A stretch of 64,000 nucleotides of DNA. Origin: Geopsychrobacteraceae bacterium (GTDB taxonomy: Bacteria > Desulfobacterota > Desulfuromonadia > Desulfuromonadales > Geopsychrobacteraceae). The stretch lies in NCBI GenBank assembly GCA_963676795.2, contig CAXXTB010000002.1, positions 672,001-736,000 of the forward strand. The letters run 5' to 3'. The first letter of the stretch is position 1. Each line of letters begins with the position of its first letter. This document shows, one piece after another, positions 57,628 to 64,000 of the stretch. Under the pieces are notes generated by a model. That model was given only the letters and a program-made list of their open reading frames with translations. It had not been told where the DNA came from and searched no databases. Both the position numbers and the translations under genes were made by a program.

Positions 57628-57656
57628 TTGACAAAGATTACCTTCTTGGTTATAAA
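57628..57656 (+). promoter_or_regulatory. Near-consensus sigma70 promoter
   Basis: TTGACA-17 nt-TATAAA. Confidence 0.75.
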
Positions 57657-57661
57657 TAAGA

Positions 57662-57769
57662 CATCGACGCCCTGTTGTGGCAGGCAAGGCGTTGAACCCA
57701 AGCTAGATATCTTAAAAACCTCTCAAAATGCTTACCCCGTGACTTCCTCCTGGTCACGGGGCTTTTTTT
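57662..57769 (+). ncRNA. Candidate small RNA (~108 nt)
   Basis: Bounded by the promoter and the terminator CCCCGTGAC-TTCCTCCTG-GTCACGGGG-CTTTTTTT; 5' hairpin TCGACGCC/GGCGTTGA; no convincing ORF. Confidence 0.55.
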
Positions 57770-57879
57770 ATGCGGGGATCTGGAACATTTCCTGGCTGAC
57801 CTGAGTGCCCGATTGTGCTATACGGAAATAACCTCTTAAAAAGACATGTTATTTTCTCTTTCGGGACCTGAATTCAGTT

Positions 57880-58797
57880 ATGTACAAGGACTATTTCGGT
57901 TTAAAGGCAGCTCCCTTTTCCATTGCGCCGGATCCTGAATTCCTCTATCTGAGCTCCCGCCATCATGAAGCGCTTGCTCATCTGCTCTATGGGATCAAGG
58001 CAGAAAACGGATTTGTGCTGTTGACGGGTGAGGTCGGGACCGGCAAGACCACGGTCTGCCGGGCGCTGTTGCATCAGATTCCCGAGAATGCTGAAATCGC
58101 TTTCATCATCCAGCCGCGGCTGAGCGTCCTTGAACTGCTTGAGACGATCTGTGACGAACTGAAGATCGACCGTCCCCGGGAAAATCGCAGTATCAAAACC
58201 TTTATCGATCTCATCAATCTGCATCTGCTCAAGAATCACAGCAAGGGCAAGCAGACGGTGCTGATCATCGATGAGGCCCAGAACTTAAGTATCGAGGTCC
58301 TGGAACAGATCCGTCTGCTGACCAACCTGGAGACCGATAAATACAAATTGCTGCGCATCATCATGCTCGGCCAGCCGGAACTGCTCGAGCTGCTCGATAA
58401 GCCCGAGCTTCGTCAGCTGGCCCAGCGGGTCACAGCGCGCTATCATCTGGAACCGCTCGACGCCGATGATGTGGCGGCCTACGTGACGCACCGGCTGAAT
58501 GTCGCAGGGGTCGAACGTCCCATCTTCACCGCTGCGGCAATAAAAAAGCTCAACAGTTTAAGCGACGGTATCCCCCGGGTGATCAATCTGCTCTGCGATC
58601 GCAGCCTGCTCGGGGCCTATGCGCTTGGCGAAAACACCGTGACTCCGGCGCTGGTCAAGCAGGCCGCCGAAGAGATTTTCAGCAGTGGTCATAACCGCCA
58701 GCCGGCAGATCCGGTCGGCCAGACCATTGTCGCGGCCTGTCTTGCCATCATCGCCCTGGCGCTGGCCGTTTTGGTCGTCAATCTCTGGGTCTTCTGA
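57880..58797 (+). CDS. ExeA/GspA-family AAA ATPase (no peptidoglycan-binding domain)
   Basis: MY.DYFGL..APFSIAPDP.FLY, GEVGTGKTT, IIDEAQ, RLLTNLET, GQPEL, GIPR.IN.LCDR, and a C-terminal TM. Confidence 0.92.
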   Translation: MYKDYFGLKAAPFSIAPDPEFLYLSSRHHEALAHLLYGIKAENGFVLLTGEVGTGKTTVCRALLHQIPENAEIAFIIQPRLSVLELLETICDELKIDRPRENRSIKTFIDLINLHLLKNHSKGKQTVLIIDEAQNLSIEVLEQIRLLTNLETDKYKLLRIIMLGQPELLELLDKPELRQLAQRVTARYHLEPLDADDVAAYVTHRLNVAGVERPIFTAAAIKKLNSLSDGIPRVINLLCDRSLLGAYALGENTVTPALVKQAAEEIFSSGHNRQPADPVGQTIVAACLAIIALALAVLVVNLWVF

Positions 58798-58811
58798 GTT
58801 CTTCTCGTTTA

Positions 58812-60377
58812 TTATTCACTTTTGCCATAGCCACCGCCACCCGGGGTCTCGATGCGGATCACGTCCCCCTTGTTCAGCCGTCTGGAAAACTTGCCCGGCA
58901 TCACTTCCCGCTGTCCGTTGCGGATCAGCAGGTTCTCTCCTTTCTGCCCGGCGTCCGCGCCGAACAGGCCGTAGGGTGCATGGACCCGGCGTTCGGAGAG
59001 AACCGTGATCTCGGCATCAGAGAGCAGTTTGATCTCACGGATCAACCCTTCACCACCCGCATGGGTGCCGGTGCCCCCTGATCCTTTGCGGATGGCATAT
59101 TCATTGACCAGAAACGGGTAACTGAATTCCAGCGCCTCAATCGGCGTATTGAGGGTGTTGGTCATGTGCGAATGGACTGCCGACTCTCCGGCGCTCCTGG
59201 CTGTTGCCCCGCAGCCACCGGCCAAGGTCTCGTAGTAGGCGAAGGGGAGATCTGTCCGTTCGTCTATGCCGCCGATGGTCGTATTGTTCATCGTCCCCTG
59301 GCTGGCCGCCGGAATCTGTTCAGGGATCGCCTGTGCCAGGGCACCGAGCACGACATCGACGATGCGCTGCGAGGTTTCGACATTGCCAGCAGCGACGGCG
59401 GCCGGGAAATGTGCATCGACGATCGTTCCCTGGTGGGTAACGACCTTGAGCGGCCGCAGACATCCGGCGTTGGTCGGGATCTCCTCGCTGACCAGGGCGC
59501 GAAAGACGTAGAGCACTGCCGAAAGGGTGATAGCGTAGACCGCGTTGACGCTGCCGCTGACCTGCGCGGCGCAATCGTTGAAATGGATCAGTGCTTCGTC
59601 AGCGACGATTTCGATGCTGACGCCGATGCGGATGTCGTGGCTCTCGATGCCGTCGTCGTCGAGCTGGTCGCTGAAGCTGTAAACCCCGTCCGGTATCGCG
59701 GCGATGGTCTGACGCATGACCTGCTCCGCGTAGTCGTTGAGGCTGGCGGCATAGCGGTTGACGGTGGCCGTGCCGTATTTGTCGAGCAGCTCTTCCGTTC
59801 TGCGTACGCCGGTCAGGTTGGCCATGATCTGGGCGGAGAAATCCCCCTCGCGCTCCACCGGGGTGCGGACATTGACGAGGATCTGGCCCAGCAGCTTGCG
59901 GTCGATCTCGCCCCGCTCGACGAGCTTGACCGGCGAGATGATCACCCCTTCCTGGTAGAGGGAGGTTGACAGCGGCATCGAACCGGCGGCTATGCCGCCG
60001 ACGTCGGCGTGGTGGGCGCGGTTGGCGACAAAATAGACCGGCCTGTCGTGCCCGCAGAAGACCGGCGCGACCAGGGTGATGTCGGGCAGGTGGGTGCCTC
60101 CCTGGAACGGGTTGTTGAGCATGACCATGTCGCCGGGAGCGAAGTCGCTGGCGGCAATCGCCGCCTTGACCGAGAGCGGCATCGAGCCGAGGTGGACCGG
60201 AATGTGCGCGGCCTGGGCAATCATGTCCCCCTGCTGATCGAAGATGGCGCATGAGTAGTCGCGGCGTTCCTTGATGTTCGGTGAGAAGGCGGTGCGCCCC
60301 AATGAGACGCCCATCTCTTCGGCGATGGCGGCAAAGCGGTTCTTGAAGACCTGCATCAGGATCGGGTTGATGGTCAT
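58812..60377 (-). CDS. Hydantoinase B / 5-oxoprolinase subunit
   Basis: RTAFSPNIKERRDYSCA, HIPVHLGS, GGTHLPD, HHADVGG, ETPGGGGYG. Confidence 0.93.
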   Translation of the reverse strand: MTINPILMQVFKNRFAAIAEEMGVSLGRTAFSPNIKERRDYSCAIFDQQGDMIAQAAHIPVHLGSMPLSVKAAIAASDFAPGDMVMLNNPFQGGTHLPDITLVAPVFCGHDRPVYFVANRAHHADVGGIAAGSMPLSTSLYQEGVIISPVKLVERGEIDRKLLGQILVNVRTPVEREGDFSAQIMANLTGVRRTEELLDKYGTATVNRYAASLNDYAEQVMRQTIAAIPDGVYSFSDQLDDDGIESHDIRIGVSIEIVADEALIHFNDCAAQVSGSVNAVYAITLSAVLYVFRALVSEEIPTNAGCLRPLKVVTHQGTIVDAHFPAAVAAGNVETSQRIVDVVLGALAQAIPEQIPAASQGTMNNTTIGGIDERTDLPFAYYETLAGGCGATARSAGESAVHSHMTNTLNTPIEALEFSYPFLVNEYAIRKGSGGTGTHAGGEGLIREIKLLSDAEITVLSERRVHAPYGLFGADAGQKGENLLIRNGQREVMPGKFSRRLNKGDVIRIETPGGGGYGKSE

Positions 60378-62362
60378 AGCAGCTCCTTGTCAGCGCCAAG
60401 CGAAAGAATCAGGTTGCCGTATTGGTCGACACTGACTGTGGCAAAGGGGGGGACGACGATGGTCGAGGAGTATTCGACGATAATGGCCGGGCCCTGAAAG
60501 ACGTTGCCGTGGAGCAGTTTGTCCCGGGCGATGACCTGAGTGGGCTGGAAGCGGCCGTCAAAGTAGCTCTGGCGCTCAGCGATGAGCGCTTCAGCGGGCA
60601 GCCTTTCTCCGCCATGGGGCAGACAGGGAAATTCAGGCTTTTCTGGCTGACCGAAGGCGCGCAGGCGGATGTTGACCAGCTCGACGCTTTTATCCCGGCT
60701 ACAGTAGCCGTAGGTCTGTTCATGCAGCCGGTGGAACTCCTCGATAAAGTCGGCGACATAGGGAACCAGAATCTCAAATGACTGCCCCTGGTAACGCATG
60801 TCGAGATAGGGCTGAACGCGGATCTGCTGCGCGGCAATCCCTTCCTGCTGCAGGTCCTCCCGGCCTCGTGCGGCAAGTGGAGCCAGCTCGGCGTCGAGCC
60901 GTTCATGACTGAGCTGGGCTTCGCTGAGCATGACCGTCTGCGAATAATCCTTGATGACATCGCTCATCAGCATACCGACCGCCGAGAGAATACCGGGGTT
61001 ACGTGGAATCAGCACCTGCGGCATGTTTAGCTCCCTGGCCAGGTCGGCGGCGTGTAGCCCGCCGGCGCCGCCGAAGGAGAGCAGGGTGAATTCGCGGGGA
61101 TCGAAGCCGCGTTCTACGGAGATCACCTTGATCGCCCGTTCCATCGTCGTGTTGGCCACCGCGATAACCCCTTCGGCCAGTTCCAGCGGGCTGATCTTGA
61201 GCTGATTGGCCAGGGTCACAAAGTGGCGTTTGAGCTGTTCGAGATCAAGCTGCATGTGGCCACCGAGAAACCGATCAGGAATCAGCCGTCCGAGGAACAG
61301 GTTGGCATCGGTCACGGTGATCTCTGTACCTTTGCCGTAACAGATCGGGCCGGGATCGGCACCGGCACTTTCCGGACCGACCTTGAGGGCGCCGCCGGCA
61401 TCGCGGCAGGCGATCGAACCACCGCCGGCGCCGACCGTGTGGATATCGATCATCGGCACCTTGACCGGGTATTCGGCGATACTCGATTCCATGGTCAGCG
61501 GCAGTTTGCCGTCGAGCAGAGCGACGTCGGTCGAGGTGCCGCCCATGTCGAAGGTGATCAGCTTGGAAAAGCCGGCCCGGCGGCCCAGTTCAAAGGCACC
61601 GACGGCGCCGCCGGCCGGGCCGGAGAGGATGGTGCGTACCGGTTCGCGCATCGCTGTCTCGGCCGAGATGCTGCCGCCGTTCGACTGCATGATGCGGAAT
61701 GGGCGGCGGCCGATCTGGTGGCTCAAAAAATCGAGGTAGCCGCGCATCTTCGGCGAGACATAGGCGTTGATGACGGTTGTCGAGGTCCGTTCGTATTCAC
61801 GGAACTCAGCGAGGGTTTCGTACGACAGGGAAAGCGGAATCCCTAAGCAGGCCAGCGCGTCACGGACCTGGCGTTCATGCTCGGGGCTTTTGAACGAGAA
61901 GAGCAGCGACACGGCAAGCGATTCGACGCCGGACTCCTGCAGCGGCTGTTTCAGGCGCGCCAGATCCGCCGGATCAAGAGGTTCGATGACCTCGCCGTTC
62001 TGGTCAACCCGGCCGGAGATGCCGAAGCGCAACTCACGGGGGACCAGCGGGGCGTTCTTGCGATAGAAGAAGTCGTAGAGATGACCACGGTTCTGGCGGG
62101 CGATCTCGATGACATCCTCAAAGCGGCGGTTGGTGATCAACGCGGTTTTCGCTCCGCGTTTTTCCAGAATCGCGTTGGTCGCAACCGTCGAGCCATGAAC
62201 CAGCTGGTAGTCGCGCTCCGCCGCAATATGGCGGATTCCCTGCAGCACGGCCCCGGCCGGGTTGTGCGGGGTCGACAGGCATTTGTACTCGCCCCAGTTG
62301 TCGCCATCCTTCCAGATGAAGTCGGTAAAGGTTCCGCCTGTATCAACACCGATGAGTAGCAT
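60374..62362 (-). CDS. Hydantoinase A / 5-oxoprolinase ATP-binding subunit
   Basis: GVDTGGTFTD, HGSTVATNA, SGPAGG, DMGGTSTD, GAGGGS, GPESAGADPGP. ATG at 62362 follows AGAGG. Confidence 0.93.
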   Translation of the reverse strand: MLLIGVDTGGTFTDFIWKDGDNWGEYKCLSTPHNPAGAVLQGIRHIAAERDYQLVHGSTVATNAILEKRGAKTALITNRRFEDVIEIARQNRGHLYDFFYRKNAPLVPRELRFGISGRVDQNGEVIEPLDPADLARLKQPLQESGVESLAVSLLFSFKSPEHERQVRDALACLGIPLSLSYETLAEFREYERTSTTVINAYVSPKMRGYLDFLSHQIGRRPFRIMQSNGGSISAETAMREPVRTILSGPAGGAVGAFELGRRAGFSKLITFDMGGTSTDVALLDGKLPLTMESSIAEYPVKVPMIDIHTVGAGGGSIACRDAGGALKVGPESAGADPGPICYGKGTEITVTDANLFLGRLIPDRFLGGHMQLDLEQLKRHFVTLANQLKISPLELAEGVIAVANTTMERAIKVISVERGFDPREFTLLSFGGAGGLHAADLARELNMPQVLIPRNPGILSAVGMLMSDVIKDYSQTVMLSEAQLSHERLDAELAPLAARGREDLQQEGIAAQQIRVQPYLDMRYQGQSFEILVPYVADFIEEFHRLHEQTYGYCSRDKSVELVNIRLRAFGQPEKPEFPCLPHGGERLPAEALIAERQSYFDGRFQPTQVIARDKLLHGNVFQGPAIIVEYSSTIVVPPFATVSVDQYGNLILSLGADKELL

Positions 62363-62395
62363 GATGAGTCCTCTTTTGTATTTGTAGATGTGTTT

Positions 62396-62537
62396 AACCA
62401 GGGGGGACACGGAGGATAGGGAGAAATTCAGGACAAAAGGCACCCCCCTCAATCCCCCCTATTTTATAGGGGGGAAGCGAGCGTAGCGAGCAGGGGGGTG
62501 TTTTTGACCTCCGTGATCTCCGTGTCTGTCGTGGTTC
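62396..62537. repeat. Nested REP/MITE-like palindromic element
   Basis: Outer degenerate arms (AACCA...ACACGGAGG / CCTCCGTG...CTCCGTGT...GTGGTT) enclose CACCCCCCT...TCCCCCCTAT-TTT-ATAGGGGGGA...AGGGGGGTG. Confidence 0.65.
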
Positions 62538-62668
62538 AAATTTTCAAGCTTGTAAAACGGCCACAGCTTAGTGGATTACCCGTCAAAGTGCAAAGGGTTG
62601 AAGGCTTTTTAACTTGCCTCCGCCGTGCGCCCATGATAACAGGACAGCGATTTTAAAAAGGAGCAACG

Positions 62669-64000
62669 ATGATTCATCTGACCGATATGACCAAGCAGCA
62701 CGGCGACCGTGTGCTTTTTAAAAATGCCGGCTTTCAGATTCTGCCCGGAGCCAGAACCGGACTGGTCGGCCCGAACGGGGCCGGCAAGTCGACCATCTTC
62801 CGCCTGATCACCGGCGAAGAGGCTCTCGATGGCGGCGAGATCTCCTGCGCCAAGCGGACCGTTATCGGTTACTTCTCCCAGGATGTCGGCGAGATGTCCG
62901 GACGCAGTGCCCTTGCTGAGGTCGTCGCGGCCTCCGAGGCGACCGTCAAGCTGGGCGAACAGATCAGCGCCATGGAAGCCCAGATGTGCGAGCCGATGGA
63001 GGACGATGCCATGGCCGCCCTGCTCGAGCGCTACGGCGATGCCCAGCAGGAGTTCGAACATCGCGGTGGCTACGACCTGGAACCGCGTGCCCAGGCGGTG
63101 CTGACCGGCCTGGGGATCGGCCCCGACGATTACAACCGTCCGGTTGAATCGTTCAGCGGCGGCTGGAAGATGCGGATCGCCCTGGCCCGCATCCTGACCA
63201 TCAATCCCGATGTGCTGTTGCTCGACGAACCGACCAACCACCTGGACGTGGAGTCGATCGTCTGGCTGGAAAACTGGCTGGCTGAAGACTTTCAGGGGGC
63301 CGTACTGATGACCAGCCACGACCGTGACTTCATGAACCGGCTGGTCTCGCGAATTGTCGAGGTCGGCAATGGCGCGATCACCACCTATGGTGGCAATTAC
63401 GATTTCTACCTGCGCGAGCGCGAAATCCGCCGTGAACAGCTGGAAGCGAGCTTCAAGCGCCAGCAGGATATGCTCGCCAAGGAAGAGGAGTTCATTGCCC
63501 GTTTTGCCGCCCGCGCATCCCATGCCGCCCAGGTGCAGTCGCGGGTCAAGAAGCTGGAGAAGATCGAGCGGATCGAACTGCCGCCGGAACAGAAGGTGAT
63601 CAAGTTCGAATTTTCCGAACCGCCGCGCAGTGGTGACGATGTCATCGCTCTCGACGGCCTGGCCAAGAGTTGGCCGCTGGAAAACGGCGGTGAAAAGCCG
63701 GTCTTCTCCGGGATCTCGGGGATGGTCCGGCGCGGCGACAAGATCGCCGTGGTCGGTGTCAACGGTGCCGGTAAGTCGACCTTCCTGAAGACGCTCTGCG
63801 GTCAGACCGAACCGACCAGCGGGACGGCGACCATCGGCGCCAATGTCTTTACCGGTTACTTCAGTCAGCATTCGATGGAGCTGCTCGATCCGAAGAAGAC
63901 CGTCTTTGAAACAGTCCAGGATGCTCTGCCGCAGCAGACCGTCGGCGTGTTGCGCAACCTCTGTGCTGCCTTCCTGTTTCAGGGGGACGATGTCGACAAG
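62669..64000 (+). CDS. ABC-F family ribosome-associated ATPase (3'-truncated by the window edge)
   Basis: ATG after AAGGAG. Read by hand: GPNGAGKST, FSGGWKMR, LLLDEPTNHLD, SHDR, GNYD, and a second Walker A GVNGAGKST. Missing from the ORF track because there is no stop in the window. Confidence 0.93.
   Translation, partial: MIHLTDMTKQHGDRVLFKNAGFQILPGARTGLVGPNGAGKSTIFRLITGEEALDGGEISCAKRTVIGYFSQDVGEMSGRSALAEVVAASEATVKLGEQISAMEAQMCEPMEDDAMAALLERYGDAQQEFEHRGGYDLEPRAQAVLTGLGIGPDDYNRPVESFSGGWKMRIALARILTINPDVLLLDEPTNHLDVESIVWLENWLAEDFQGAVLMTSHDRDFMNRLVSRIVEVGNGAITTYGGNYDFYLREREIRREQLEASFKRQQDMLAKEEEFIARFAARASHAAQVQSRVKKLEKIERIELPPEQKVIKFEFSEPPRSGDDVIALDGLAKSWPLENGGEKPVFSGISGMVRRGDKIAVVGVNGAGKSTFLKTLCGQTEPTSGTATIGANVFTGYFSQHSMELLDPKKTVFETVQDALPQQTVGVLRNLCAAFLFQGDDVDK

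Noticed and set aside
57662..57769. c-di-GMP-I/GEMM riboswitch or CsrB-like RNA
   Set aside because: It lacks the GGCAAAC...GAAA...GACGCAAAGC core and has no repeated GGA loops.
62609..63871. 420-aa minus-strand ORF
   Set aside because: It is antisense to the ABC-F ATPase, which runs off the window and is therefore missing from the ORF track.
1..64000. CRISPR array, tRNA/rRNA, prophage, IS transposase, integrase or defence system
   Set aside because: I saw no regularly spaced direct repeats, cloverleafs or matching protein motifs. The MazG-like gene is in a housekeeping context.

Overview
Chromosomal segment of a GC-rich anaerobe, most likely a Desulfuromonadales/Geobacterales member. This is inferred from the E. 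coli-type nuo operon, the ccsA-hemA-hemC-hemD-hemB cluster, the HDOD, DUF4388 and GAF-sigma54 signalling proteins, and the style of the intergenic palindromic repeats. The window holds the 3' part of an NADH:quinone oxidoreductase operon (nuoD-part, E-N) and housekeeping genes (ltaE, slyD-type PPIase, bcp, prmA, rsmE, dapF, nfo, dtd, trxA). It also holds the heme pathway, many two-component and c-di-GMP proteins, a hydantoinase/oxoprolinase pair and a partial ABC-F ATPase. I found no tRNA, rRNA, CRISPR array, transposase or prophage. The strongest unexplained signal is a complete dnaX-like -1 programmed ribosomal frameshift cassette inside the zinc-ribbon/acidic/RDD gene (31041-31101): an SD-like run, 10 nt, slippery C_CCT_TTT, an immediate -1-frame TGA, 6 nt, and a 13-bp hairpin. 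It predicts a short soluble and a long membrane-anchored protein from one gene. Other highlights are two promoter-plus-terminator-bounded candidate small RNAs with anti-Shine-Dalgarno loops, a kinase/DUF4388-regulator/roadblock module with no GTPase, a probable pseudo-histidine kinase, an EAL domain lacking its general-base Glu, and several nested REP/MITE-like palindromes. All assignments come from motif recognition by eye; no database searches were run.
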